A DNA stretch of 64,000 bases from Myxococcota bacterium (GTDB taxonomy: Bacteria > Myxococcota_A > UBA796 > CAJQPC01), in the NCBI GenBank assembly GCA_036229005.1, contig JAZAMN010000006.1, positions 32,001-96,000 of the forward strand, given 5' to 3'. Of the stretch, positions 10,350 to 19,837 are shown one piece after another. The notes beneath the pieces are model-generated. The model worked only from the letters and a program-made list of their open reading frames with translations. It was not told the DNA's origin and did no database searches. Each line of letters begins with the position of its first letter. Positions within the stretch are counted from its first letter, which is position 1. The position numbers were made by a program, and so were the translations under genes.

Positions 10350-11831
10350 CTACTTGGCCGCGCTCAGGTGGTCGTCCCCGCGGATCTGCGCGAAGTCCTT
10401 GAGGTGCCCGTAGATCGCCTTGACCCCGCGGGTCATGTAGTCCAGGTCTTCGGGCCCGCGCATGGTCTTGAGCTGGTGCATCAGAAAGCGCGGGTGCAGG
10501 TAGAGCTTGTAGAACTGGCCGGCCATCTGGACGACCTCTTCCTGGTCCATGTCCGTGAGCTCGCAGACGGGCTCGGTCATGTCGTAGCGCTCGTAGGCGG
10601 TCTCGGGGAAGCGGATCCAGCCGTTGCGGTTGCACAGCTCGAACAGGGGGGTGCCGGGGTAGGGCATCACGACGGTGGCCTGGAGCATGTGGGCGTAGCC
10701 GGAGAGCATCAGCTCGCGGGCCAGCTTGAGGGTCTCGTAGGCGTCCTCGCGGGTCTCCCAGGGGTAGCCGACCATCAGGGTCAGGTGGGGCTCCAGGCCG
10801 GCCATGGAGGCCATCTTGCAGCCCTCGATGATGCGCTCCTTGGTGAGATCCTTGTCCAGGATGTCGATGGTGCGCTCGCTGGCGGACTCGATGCCCAGGA
10901 TGAGCTTGCGGAAGCCCGCCTTCTTCATCAGGTGGACGTTCTTCTCGGTGAAGTAGTCAAAGCGGAAGTTGCAGTCGAAGATGACCTTCTCGTTGATCTT
11001 CCGGTCGATCATCTCGTGGCACAGCCGGTTGAGCCAGTGGCCGCCGGGCAGGGCCCCCGTGTCGTCGAAGATCTCCTTGGCGCCGTGGCGCTTGATGAGC
11101 ATCTCCATCTCGGCGGCCAGGTGCTCGGGGGGCACCACGGAGAAGGTGGGGTAGGACACGGTCCAGCTACAGAAGGTGCACTTGCCGTAGGGGCAGTCGC
11201 GGCCGGCCATGGTCCACAGGAAGGGCAGGCGCTTCTTCCACTTCTCGAAGTACAGGTGCGCGTTGGTCAGGTCGCGGTCCATCCAGGGCAGGTCTACAAG
11301 CTGGTGCTCGGCCTTGTAGGGGCCCGTGTTGGCCAGGGTGCCGTCGTCGTTCTTGGACCAGATACCGGTCTCGAGGGCGTCGCCCTTGTCCAGGTGGTTG
11401 ACGATGCTGCGCAGGGAGAAGTCGTAGTCGCCGCCGGTGATGCAGAAGTCGACCTTTGAGTTCTCCAGGGTCTCGCCGGGGTTGCCGGAGATGTGGTCGC
11501 CGAAGAAGACCACCTTGGTCCCGGGGGAGAGGGTCTTGATGCGGTCGACGATGCCCCAGTGCTGGCGCACGACGGGGGACTTGGTCTCCATGGCGAGGAC
11601 TTCGGGCTGGAAGTCGCGCAGCAGGCGCTCGAACTGGGCCTGGTTCTTCTGCTCGGCGATGCAGTCGTTCCAGAGGACCTCGTGGCCCTCGGAGTCGAGC
11701 AGGGTCGCCGCAGAGGCGGGCACGCAGGGGTAGAGGTAGCTGGGCTCGTGGAACCACTGGAACTGGCGGTTCTGCGTGAGCATGGGGCTGCCCTTGCCGA
11801 CGAGCGGGGGGTAGCTGACCATTACGCGCAT
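10350..11831 (-). CDS. B12-binding domain radical SAM protein
   Basis: GRDCPYGKCTFC cluster motif, GIESAS, MVGYPWET, PYPGTPLF; AGGAG RBS before ATG 11831. Confidence 0.88.
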   Translation of the reverse strand: MRVMVSYPPLVGKGSPMLTQNRQFQWFHEPSYLYPCVPASAATLLDSEGHEVLWNDCIAEQKNQAQFERLLRDFQPEVLAMETKSPVVRQHWGIVDRIKTLSPGTKVVFFGDHISGNPGETLENSKVDFCITGGDYDFSLRSIVNHLDKGDALETGIWSKNDDGTLANTGPYKAEHQLVDLPWMDRDLTNAHLYFEKWKKRLPFLWTMAGRDCPYGKCTFCSWTVSYPTFSVVPPEHLAAEMEMLIKRHGAKEIFDDTGALPGGHWLNRLCHEMIDRKINEKVIFDCNFRFDYFTEKNVHLMKKAGFRKLILGIESASERTIDILDKDLTKERIIEGCKMASMAGLEPHLTLMVGYPWETREDAYETLKLARELMLSGYAHMLQATVVMPYPGTPLFELCNRNGWIRFPETAYERYDMTEPVCELTDMDQEEVVQMAGQFYKLYLHPRFLMHQLKTMRGPEDLDYMTRGVKAIYGHLKDFAQIRGDDHLSAAK

Positions 11832-12070
11832 GCGGACTCCTATGCGGCCGGGCCCCCAGACATAGCATGACCTGGCGCAGGTCGAACAGGTCAGACTCAA
11901 TGGGTGTTCACAAATAGTTCTTGCACAAACATTATGTGTGAGGCATGTTGTTCGGGAGCAGGCGTCCATGTCCGCGCCCCGCTCCCTTCAACCCCACCCA
12001 GGAGCCGCATGCTTGCAGCCACGTCCCCCACACATCGACATCTCCAGAACCCCAGCCAAGGGGTGAACTC

Positions 12071-12577
12071 TTGAACGCCCGAGCAGACAGCGGCTTGGTC
12101 GGAGAGCACCTGGTGGTGCCTGCGTGCGGAGTCGGGACAGTGGTTGGCGTCGAGACCCTGACGGTCGAAGGCGTGAGCTCGGACTTCTACCGGATCCACC
12201 TGCCGGACGGCTCCCAGAGCTGGATCCCCCTCGGTCGTCTCGAGGCCCAGGGTCTGCGGCCGGTGATGTCCCCCAAGACGGCCAAGGCCACCCTCAAGGC
12301 AGCCCGCGAAGAGGAGGCACCCGGCAAGCGGGCCACCTGGAACCGCCGGCAGAAGCGCTACCGCGAGACCCTGCTGGAGAACGAGCCCAAGGCCATCGGC
12401 GCCATGCTCGGTGAGCTGGGCTCCGTGCTCCGCGAGAAGGGGCAGCTCTCCTTCTCCGAGCGGCGCATCTTCGAGCAGGCCCTGGGGCAGCTCAGCGCCG
12501 AGCTGAGCCTGAGCCTGGAGCTCACCCAGGACCAGGCACGCGAGCGCATCGAGAAGGCCCTGGGCGCGAGCCTCTGA
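12071..12577 (+). CDS. CarD/CdnL family RNA polymerase-interacting regulator
   Basis: VPACGVGTV (cf. YPxHGVG), IP...GLRPV, TWNRR, LSFSERRIFEQA; TTG start inferred from AAGGGG RBS. Confidence 0.85.
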   Translation: MNARADSGLVGEHLVVPACGVGTVVGVETLTVEGVSSDFYRIHLPDGSQSWIPLGRLEAQGLRPVMSPKTAKATLKAAREEEAPGKRATWNRRQKRYRETLLENEPKAIGAMLGELGSVLREKGQLSFSERRIFEQALGQLSAELSLSLELTQDQARERIEKALGASL

Positions 12578-12592
12578 CGCTCTCGCCTGGGC

Positions 12593-12631
12593 CTTTCGTC
12601 TGGGTCTTTCGTCTGTGTCTTTTGTCTGGGG
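12593..12631. repeat. Three imperfect 13-bp tandem repeats (CTTTYGTCTGKGK) between convergent genes
   Basis: CTTTCGTCTGGGT / CTTTCGTCTGTGT / CTTTTGTCTGGGG. Confidence 0.7.
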
Positions 12632-12661
12632 CTTCGGGCTGAGTGGCCCCGCCGAAGCGGG

Positions 12662-13594
12662 CTACTCGACCACCACCCAGGCACCTTGGGCGCTGCTGCC
12701 TTCGGGGAGCAGCCCCAGATCGACCAGGGTCTCGGCCATGGCGTCCCAGCGCGCGGCGTCCATGTGGCCCAGGCCCTGCTCACCGAGCACGTACTCCGCC
12801 TGAGCCTGGGTCACGCACGAGAGGACCTCGTCGGTGAGCGCCGGGTTCAAGGAAGCCATGTGCGCATTGGCTCTCTGGGGGTGGGCCATGTAGGCCTCCC
12901 ACGCCTTCTTCGTCGCCTCCACGAAAGCAGGGCCCCAGGCGGGCATCGGGTCGGGGAGGGCGAGCAGAGTGCCGTAGGGGTTCCAGCCCGCGTCGGCCGC
13001 CTTGAGGAAGCGCACGTCCACGCCCTTGGCCCGGGCCATGCACACCTCGCTGGTGATGTAGGCCTGCTGGATGAGGTCCTCGTCCGCCAGGAACTGCCCG
13101 ATCCCGCCGGTGTAGGGGACGGCCTGGACCTGCGTGCCCCAGCCCTGCTTCTCCCACAGGTAGCGCTGGAAGGGGGAGCCGACCTCGATGGCCACCTGGG
13201 TCCCGGGCAGGATGGCGCCGAAGCCCTGGGGGCCGGTCTCCCGGACCATCAGCCCGTTGGGGGCGCGCTGGAAGGCGGGCCACACGCCCAGCGCTTTGAC
13301 GCCCTTGTTGCGCTTGAGCAGCAGGTCATCGGCGGCGGTGATGGCGGCGTCGGCCTTGCCGGAGGCCATCAGCTCCAGGGAGGGGGCCCCGGCGCCTCCA
13401 GGGAGGATCTGCACGTCAAAGCCGGCCTCGGCGTAGTGCCCTCCCAGCATGCCCTCGTAGAAGCCGCCGAACTCCGGCTCGGGGAGCCAGTTCAGGGCCA
13501 GCACGATGCTCTGGTTGGGGGCCTTGGTCTCCGGTCCGGCGGGCTCCGAGGCGCCGGAGCATCCCAGCGAGAGGGCGAGCAGGGGAATCCACAT
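12662..13594 (-). CDS. NMT1/THI5-like ABC substrate-binding lipoprotein
   Basis: Lipobox SLGC; LNWLPEPEFGGFY, GFDVQILPGG. Confidence 0.85.
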   Translation of the reverse strand: MWIPLLALSLGCSGASEPAGPETKAPNQSIVLALNWLPEPEFGGFYEGMLGGHYAEAGFDVQILPGGAGAPSLELMASGKADAAITAADDLLLKRNKGVKALGVWPAFQRAPNGLMVRETGPQGFGAILPGTQVAIEVGSPFQRYLWEKQGWGTQVQAVPYTGGIGQFLADEDLIQQAYITSEVCMARAKGVDVRFLKAADAGWNPYGTLLALPDPMPAWGPAFVEATKKAWEAYMAHPQRANAHMASLNPALTDEVLSCVTQAQAEYVLGEQGLGHMDAARWDAMAETLVDLGLLPEGSSAQGAWVVVE

Positions 13595-13595
13595 G

Positions 13596-14339
13596 TCAGT
13601 CTCCGTGCCAGCGGCCGATGGCCAGCTTCTCAACGCCCCTAACCGCCAGGAAGAGCACGCCGGCGAGCGCAGCGCTGCAGAACACCGCGCCGAAGGTGAG
13701 CGCAGTGTCCGCCGACCGCGCCGAGCTGAGCACCAGGAATCCCAGCGAGGGCGGCAGGCCGTTTGAGCCCACGAACTCCCCGACGATGGCCCCGATGACG
13801 CTCAGGCCGACGGCGCTGCGGTAGCCGGCGAGCAGGGTGGGCAGCGCCCGGGGGACGCGCAGCTTGAGCAGGGTCTGGGTCCAGGTGGCGCCGTAGAGCC
13901 GCATCAGCTCCAGCTCGCTGCGCTCCGGGCTGCGCAGGCCCGCGTTGGCTGAGCTCAGGATGGGGAAGAAGCTCACGATGGCGGCCGTGGTCACCGCGAC
14001 GGGCTGCCCGTAGCCCAGCCAGACCACGAGCAGGGGCGCGATCGCGATGATGGGGAGGGTCTGCAGGAAGAGCGCGTAGGGGTAGAGGGCGCGCTCCAGC
14101 CAGCGACTGCGCAGGAACAACACCGCGCCGGCGATGCCCACCCCGCTGCCCAGCAGTAGCCCCACCAGCGAGGCCCGGGTGGTCTGCCAGGTCGCCTGAG
14201 CGAGCTGCGCCTTGGACGCCCACATCGCGCTCAGCACGGCGCCCGGTCCGGGGAGGAGGATCTCGGGCTGCGTGAGCGAGAGGGCCCACCACCCCAGCAC
14301 CATCAGCACGGCGACAACCGCGGGAAGCAGGGCCCTCAC
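13596..14339 (-). CDS. SsuC/TauC-type ABC permease
   Basis: QTLPIIAIAPLLVVWLGYG, SFFPI, IGAIVGEFV. Confidence 0.9.
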   Translation of the reverse strand: MRALLPAVVAVLMVLGWWALSLTQPEILLPGPGAVLSAMWASKAQLAQATWQTTRASLVGLLLGSGVGIAGAVLFLRSRWLERALYPYALFLQTLPIIAIAPLLVVWLGYGQPVAVTTAAIVSFFPILSSANAGLRSPERSELELMRLYGATWTQTLLKLRVPRALPTLLAGYRSAVGLSVIGAIVGEFVGSNGLPPSLGFLVLSSARSADTALTFGAVFCSAALAGVLFLAVRGVEKLAIGRWHGD

Positions 14340-15061
14340 GAGGTCACCACGGCGCGGGTCACCCGCTCGAGCAGCGCGGCGTAGCGGGGGCCGTGTTGGG
14401 CGTCATGCCGTTGTCCTCGGCTGCGGGGCCAGGGCAGATCGATGTCGATGAGTTCCGGGGTGCCCGGGCGGAGGACCAAGACGCGGTGACACATCCAGAC
14501 CGCCTCCTCCAGGTCATGGGAGACCATCAGGGCCGCGAAGCCCAGCTCCGCCTGGAGCGCCATGAAGTGCTCCTGCGCCTGGGCCCGGGTGAGGCCGTCC
14601 AGGGCGGAGAAGGCCTCGTCCAGGAAGATGAGCTCGGGGCGGGTGACCAGGGCGCGGGCCAGAGAGGCGCGCATCTGCATGCCGCCGGAGAGCTGTGCGG
14701 GGAGGCGCTCGGCGGCGTCTTGGAGGCCCACGCGCTCCAGAGCCTGCTGGACGGGGGCCGTGTCGAGTCCCTGCAGCTCCAGGGGCAGCGCCACGTTGTC
14801 CCAGAGGCTGCGCCAGGGGAGCAGCGTGGGGTCCTGGAACACGAACGCGGGCTGTCCGCTGCGCTCGATGCGCCCGGAGGTGGGATCGAGGAGGCCGGCG
14901 GCCAGTCGGAGCAGGGTGCTCTTGCCGCAGCCGGAGGGGCCGACCAGCCCCAAGATCTCGCCGGGCGCGAGCTCCAGATCCAGGCCGGAGAACAGGGCGG
15001 GGCCCTGGTCCCACGCAAAGTCGACGGCGTGCAGGCGTACAGCGGGGGTGGGGGAGCTCAA
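14336..15061 (-). CDS. SsuB/TauB-type ABC ATP-binding protein
   Basis: GPSGCGKS, VFQDPTLLPW, LSGGMQMR, LDEAFSALD. Confidence 0.92.
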   Translation of the reverse strand: MSSPTPAVRLHAVDFAWDQGPALFSGLDLELAPGEILGLVGPSGCGKSTLLRLAAGLLDPTSGRIERSGQPAFVFQDPTLLPWRSLWDNVALPLELQGLDTAPVQQALERVGLQDAAERLPAQLSGGMQMRASLARALVTRPELIFLDEAFSALDGLTRAQAQEHFMALQAELGFAALMVSHDLEEAVWMCHRVLVLRPGTPELIDIDLPWPRSRGQRHDAQHGPRYAALLERVTRAVVTS

Positions 15062-15104
15062 GGATGGGCCGGGGCGGGATAGGGTTTGGACTCAGGAGAT
15101 GGAT

Positions 15105-16340
15105 ATGACGGACACCGGCCGCGCGATGCGCCTGCTCCATGAAGCCTTCCGCAAGGAGGCCGCGGGGCAGGTCCACCAGGCGCTGGAGCACGCCCTGAGC
15201 GCTCTGGAGGGCTTCTCGGAGGCCAAGGATCGCACAGGGGCGGCGGCAGCGCACCACCTGGCCGGCGTGCTGCATGCCCGCCTGGATCACCTGGACGAGG
15301 CCCGGGATCACCTGGAGATGGCGGTCCCCCTGCGGCTCTCCACGGGGGACACCGAGGGCCTGGCGGCGCTCCACCAGCAGCGCTTCGAGCTGGCCCTGGG
15401 CGTGGGGGACAAGGCGCTCGCGCAGCAGGCCGCCACGGAGCTCGTGGACCTGATGCGGGACACCCAGGACCAGGCGGGGGAGAGCCGCGCGCTGCATCAG
15501 TTGGCGCAGCTCTGCATGAACCGGGGGGAGTCCGAGCAGGCGGCGGCGCTGATCACCCGCGGCCTGGAGCTGGCCGAGTCCGGTCAGGCGCGGGCGGCCT
15601 TCATGGCGCTCCAGGCCCAGCTCGATCCCAGCGATGGCCTGGCCCAGGCGGAGAACGCGCTGAACGTGGCGCGCTCGGCGGGCTCCAAGGCGGCCGTGGT
15701 CGGGGCGCTGCGCACCCTGGCGGACATCGAGGCGGGCGCTGGCAGGCTGGAGGACGCGCACGGCCACCTGGAGGAGGCGCTGGACGCCCTGGAGCTGCTG
15801 CGGGATGAACCCCAGAAGGCCCAGGTTCTCCAGCAGCTCGCCGCCCTGGAGGTGAGCCGGGGGGACAAGGTCGGCGCGCTGGACCGCATGCGCTACGCGG
15901 CGCGGATCCTGGGGGAGCTGGCGGATCTCTCGGGCCAGCTTGAAGCCCTGCACGCGGCCGGCGAGCTGGCGATGGAGCTGGGGCGTGTCCCGCAGGCCCT
16001 GACCCTGGCGGCGCAGCAGGTGGAGCTGTGTGGGCGCCTGGGTGACCCCGCGATGCTGGGCGCGGCGCGCTTTGTGCAGGGGCAGCGCCTGGTGGTTGCC
16101 GCGGATCTGGAGGCCGCCGCGCGCGCATTCTCAGCGTCGGCGGAGCAGCAGGCGCGGGCGGGTCTGACCGAGGCGGAGGGCATCGCGCTGGGCATGCAGG
16201 GGCAGGTCCTGGCGGCGCTGGGGCACCTGGAGGGGGCCAAGGAGGTCCTCGCACGGGGGGCTCAACTCCTGGAGAGCTCCGGGTCGGCCTCTCTGGCCGA
16301 CCTGAGGGCCCTGCAGGCCGAAGTGGAGGGCCTCAAGTGA
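15105..16340 (+). CDS. Tetratricopeptide-repeat protein
   Basis: Ala/Leu-rich ~40-aa helical repeats; AGGAG RBS 6 nt before ATG 15105. Confidence 0.8.
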   Translation: MTDTGRAMRLLHEAFRKEAAGQVHQALEHALSALEGFSEAKDRTGAAAAHHLAGVLHARLDHLDEARDHLEMAVPLRLSTGDTEGLAALHQQRFELALGVGDKALAQQAATELVDLMRDTQDQAGESRALHQLAQLCMNRGESEQAAALITRGLELAESGQARAAFMALQAQLDPSDGLAQAENALNVARSAGSKAAVVGALRTLADIEAGAGRLEDAHGHLEEALDALELLRDEPQKAQVLQQLAALEVSRGDKVGALDRMRYAARILGELADLSGQLEALHAAGELAMELGRVPQALTLAAQQVELCGRLGDPAMLGAARFVQGQRLVVAADLEAAARAFSASAEQQARAGLTEAEGIALGMQGQVLAALGHLEGAKEVLARGAQLLESSGSASLADLRALQAEVEGLK

Positions 16341-17044
16341 GCTACGCACCCCTACATCGCTCCCCCGAACAGACCCGCGTGCTGGAGGCTGTGCTGGCGA
16401 CGGCCGCGCCCGGAAAGGTCATCGTCCTGGATCTGGACGGCTGCCTCTTTGACGCCCGCAACCGGCAGGTCCACATCCTGCGGGAGTACGGCGCGCGCTT
16501 TGACGTGCCGGCGCTCTACAGGGTCCAGGAGCAGCACTTCACGAGCTGGCTGCTGCCCGAGACCTTCGAGGCCGCCGGCATCGACCCCGGGCTGGCCGAG
16601 CCCCTCCAGGACTTCTGGTTCGAGCGCTTCTTCTCCGGGGAGTACTGCGTCTTCGATCACGCGATGCCCGGCGCGGTGGCCTTCGTACGCAAGCTCCACA
16701 ACACCGGGGCCGAGGTGGTCTACCTCACCGGTCGACACCGGGAGATGCACGAGGGCACCGAGGCGGCCTTGCGGCGCGCGGGCTTCCCCTACGACCTGCC
16801 GCGCACACGCCTCATCACCAAGCCGCAGATCGAGATCCCCGACGCGGAGTTCAAGGGGCGCGCTCTGGAGACCATCGCCCAGCTCGGGCACGTGGTCGCG
16901 TTCATGGACAACGAGCCCACCAACGTGAACCTCTTCCACGCCATGCACCCGGAGGCGCTGGTGGTGTGGCTGGACACGGATCACAGCCCCCGGCCGGTGC
17001 GTCCGGTGGCATCGCTGCCGCGCATAAAAGGCTTCCTGATGTAA
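16337..17044 (+). CDS. HAD-superfamily hydrolase/phosphatase
   Basis: DLDGCLFD motif I, YLTGR motif II, K motif III, FMDN motif IV; GTGA overlap with the TPR gene. Confidence 0.85.
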   Translation: MSYAPLHRSPEQTRVLEAVLATAAPGKVIVLDLDGCLFDARNRQVHILREYGARFDVPALYRVQEQHFTSWLLPETFEAAGIDPGLAEPLQDFWFERFFSGEYCVFDHAMPGAVAFVRKLHNTGAEVVYLTGRHREMHEGTEAALRRAGFPYDLPRTRLITKPQIEIPDAEFKGRALETIAQLGHVVAFMDNEPTNVNLFHAMHPEALVVWLDTDHSPRPVRPVASLPRIKGFLM

Positions 17045-17126
17045 AGAGGGTCTGTCTGCCGCGAGATGGCGGTGGACAGCCCTCAGGGGGCGGGGCATCT
17101 TCTCCGGACCTACTGCGGAGATATGC

Positions 17127-18752
17127 ATGACAGCGATCGCTCTGTTGGCCCTGGTCGGGTGCGACAAGGATGGCGATGACACCGGCGCCCTGGCCCAGCT
17201 TGCGGTGCACACCAGCCAGTACTCCATCACCCTGGATGACCTGTCGATGGCGGTCCCCGGTGTGGTCGGCGTGCCCAACCTGGATGACGACGACAGCGAC
17301 GGGACCACGGACTGGGTCCACGGCCTGGGGCGCGAGGGCGAGGAGGACTTCACCACCATCCAGCTTGAGATGCCCCACCGCACGACCCTCACGCTCCTCG
17401 ACGGGGCCGACAAGGTCCGCATCTACCACGAGGGCACCCAGATCCTGGGCGGTGAGACAACGAGCGTCGACCTCTCCCGCAACGACTCCCTCGACGACTT
17501 CCAGGTGGAGTTCTCGGACTACCGGGCCACGGCGATGCTGCAGGTGCTGGACTACCAGACCCAGGACGTGATCGAGGTGCAGCTCACGGCCTCGCCGATG
17601 ATCCTGAACCACCACCTGCAGCCCAGCGAGCTGGTGACCATGGTCAACATGAGCATCTGGGGTGGAAACGCCTCGATGCAGCAGGACTACCAGGACAACT
17701 TGGGCGAGATGTTCGACCCGGTCGAGGGCGCGAACTTCGGCTACGACGTCTGGATCCAGGACGAGCTGGAGTTCACCAACACCATCGGCGCCGACGGCCA
17801 CCTGGACGTCGTCATGGACCTGATCCGCGACGGTCAGGGCATCTTGGGCGGCAACATGGGCCTGGCGAGCGTCGCCACCAAGAACTGGGTGGGGCCCGAC
17901 ATGGGGCGCGGGGTCTGGGGAACGGGCCCCGCCACCAGCCAGGACTACGGCGGCAACATCGAGGTCGCGCCCCCCACCAGCGTGGACGGCGTGGACTACC
18001 CCTTCGGCCGAATCTACTACGGCGCCCAGGGCCGCTACGACCCCGCCGAGGAGGTCAAGGAGCACTTCGCCAACCAGGCCATCCAGGCGCCCTTCGAGCT
18101 GGACTCGAGCTGGCTCTGCGTCGGTCACGTGGACGAGTGGTTCACCACCATCCCGGTCGAAGGCTCCCGCCTGGGCTGGAAGCTGGTCTACAGCGACATG
18201 GAGGCCGCCCGGGAGGTGCTCGAGGCGGCCGACGCCAGCACCACCATCACGCGCTTTGCGCAGGACAAGGAGTGGGCCACCATCGGGGAGCTGGTCGAGG
18301 ATCAGGCCATGTGGACCCAGAACGAGAACCTCACCAACAACGTCCTGGAGCCGCAGCTTGACATCCTCAAGGCCGAGCTCGGCCTGACCGAGGACGACAT
18401 CATCCGCATCCCCGGGCTCTTCGAGACGGCGGCCCAGTGCGGTGGGGGCGTCGCGGCCCTGTTCCCGGGCATGGCGAACCTGATCGTCGCTACCGATCAG
18501 GACGGCGTGACCACCCTGTTCGTGCCCGATCCCATGATGCGGACCAACGTGAGCGATGAGTCCAGCGACCCCATCATCGCGGCCTTCTCGGCGCTGATGC
18601 CCCCGGAGCTGAACCTGGTGTTCGTGGACGACTGGGACGTCTACCACCTGGGCCTCGGCGAGGTTCACTGCGGCTCCAACGTGATCCGCACCCCCTACGA
18701 AGACGCGACCTGGTGGGCCGACGGCTGGCACCTGATGCAGGAGAGCAACTGA
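17127..18752 (+). CDS. Protein-arginine deiminase (PADI family), lipoprotein
   Basis: Lipobox LVGC; WIQDE, GNIEVAPP, YPFGRI, WLCVGHVDE, GEVHCGSNV match the PADI catalytic motifs. Confidence 0.93.
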   Translation: MTAIALLALVGCDKDGDDTGALAQLAVHTSQYSITLDDLSMAVPGVVGVPNLDDDDSDGTTDWVHGLGREGEEDFTTIQLEMPHRTTLTLLDGADKVRIYHEGTQILGGETTSVDLSRNDSLDDFQVEFSDYRATAMLQVLDYQTQDVIEVQLTASPMILNHHLQPSELVTMVNMSIWGGNASMQQDYQDNLGEMFDPVEGANFGYDVWIQDELEFTNTIGADGHLDVVMDLIRDGQGILGGNMGLASVATKNWVGPDMGRGVWGTGPATSQDYGGNIEVAPPTSVDGVDYPFGRIYYGAQGRYDPAEEVKEHFANQAIQAPFELDSSWLCVGHVDEWFTTIPVEGSRLGWKLVYSDMEAAREVLEAADASTTITRFAQDKEWATIGELVEDQAMWTQNENLTNNVLEPQLDILKAELGLTEDDIIRIPGLFETAAQCGGGVAALFPGMANLIVATDQDGVTTLFVPDPMMRTNVSDESSDPIIAAFSALMPPELNLVFVDDWDVYHLGLGEVHCGSNVIRTPYEDATWWADGWHLMQESN

Positions 18753-19480
18753 TGCTGATTTCCATCCTGAGCACCCTCGCGCTGGCCGGCGACTGGTCCG
18801 CCGAGCTCTCCCAAGACGCCGCCGCCCTGGACCAGGCCGCCCTGGCCGAGTTCATGGCCGCGGAGCCCCTGCAGAACCGCGCGGGCATGCCCTACTTCCC
18901 CATGGCCTACAGGCCCGAGCGGGCCACCTACCTGGCCTGGCGCCTCACTCACGGCGATGATCCCGGCGAGATCCGGGCTGCGCTGGCCTCCCAGCTCTCT
19001 CCCGCCGGTCGCGACAACCCGGAGCTGATCCTGGGTCTGATCGCGCAGGAGGAGGATGCGCTGGTGCGTGCTGCGCTGCTCTCGGGGCTCACCCGCGTCG
19101 ACCCGGAGCTGGCCCTCCCCATCTTGGAGCGCTCACTCGCAAGCGAGGACACCACGGAGCGCTTCGAGGCCGCCACGGTCCTGGCCAAGCACGCCGACGG
19201 TGCGCTGGCGCTCGCCGCCCTGGAGACCGCGCTGACGGACGCCGCCCCCCGTGTCCGCAAGGCCGCTGCATTCGCCCTGGGCGTGCATCGGGTGGGTGAC
19301 CCCGCCGCGCTCCGTCCGCTGCTCAGCGACGACAGCTCGGACGTGCGCCTGGCCGCCCTGGACGCCCTGGAGCGCATCGATCCCGCGCTGTGGGCCCAGT
19401 GGTCTGCAGAGCTGGGGCTGGCTGGGGATCCCGATCTCCGGGTCGCTCGCGCTGCCTCCCGGGCGCTGGTCCAGCAGTAG
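18752..19480 (+). CDS. Secreted HEAT-repeat protein
   Basis: Signal peptide ending ALA; repeats EEDALVRAA, SEDTTERFEAA, DAAPRVRKAAA, DDSSDVRLAA, DPDLRVARAA; TGATG coupling to the PAD gene. Confidence 0.85.
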   Translation: MLISILSTLALAGDWSAELSQDAAALDQAALAEFMAAEPLQNRAGMPYFPMAYRPERATYLAWRLTHGDDPGEIRAALASQLSPAGRDNPELILGLIAQEEDALVRAALLSGLTRVDPELALPILERSLASEDTTERFEAATVLAKHADGALALAALETALTDAAPRVRKAAAFALGVHRVGDPAALRPLLSDDSSDVRLAALDALERIDPALWAQWSAELGLAGDPDLRVARAASRALVQQ

Positions 19481-19546
19481 GCGCTTGGGGGCTCGGGCTT
19501 CGGCCTGGGCTCCCTGCTTGGCTCCGGGAGCTTGGCTCCAGAACGA

Positions 19547-19576
19547 GAAAAGCCCGGGCATCTGCCCGGGCTCTTT
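19547..19576. terminator. Intrinsic terminator, probably bidirectional, downstream of rpmB
   Basis: GAAAAGCCCGGGCA-TC-TGCCCGGGCTCTTT. Confidence 0.8.
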
Positions 19577-19600
19577 GTCTCTCAGGGGGAGAGAGCGCGC

Positions 19601-19837
19601 TCAGTACTTGGACAGGTCCAGACCGGCTTCCTTCGCGAAGGTGCTCAGGCCCTTGAGGCGCAGGGTGCGCATGGCGCGGGTGGAGAGGCGCAGGGTGACG
19701 AAGCGCTCCTCCTCGGGGTACCAGATGCGCTTCTTCTGCAGGTTGGGGAGCTGGCGCTTCTTGGTCTTGATGTTGGAGTGGGAGACCTTGTTGGCGACGT
19801 TCGGGCGCTTGCCGGTCAGGACGCAACGGCGGGCCAT
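19601..19837 (-). CDS. rpmB: 50S ribosomal protein L28
   Basis: [44 protein letters not shown]. Confidence 0.97.
   Translation of the reverse strand: MARRCVLTGKRPNVANKVSHSNIKTKKRQLPNLQKKRIWYPEEERFVTLRLSTRAMRTLRLKGLSTFAKEAGLDLSKY

Noticed and set aside
19481..19540. GCTTGGCTCC-like short repeats
   Set aside because: Two or three degenerate copies of low complexity between convergent genes; no evidence of function
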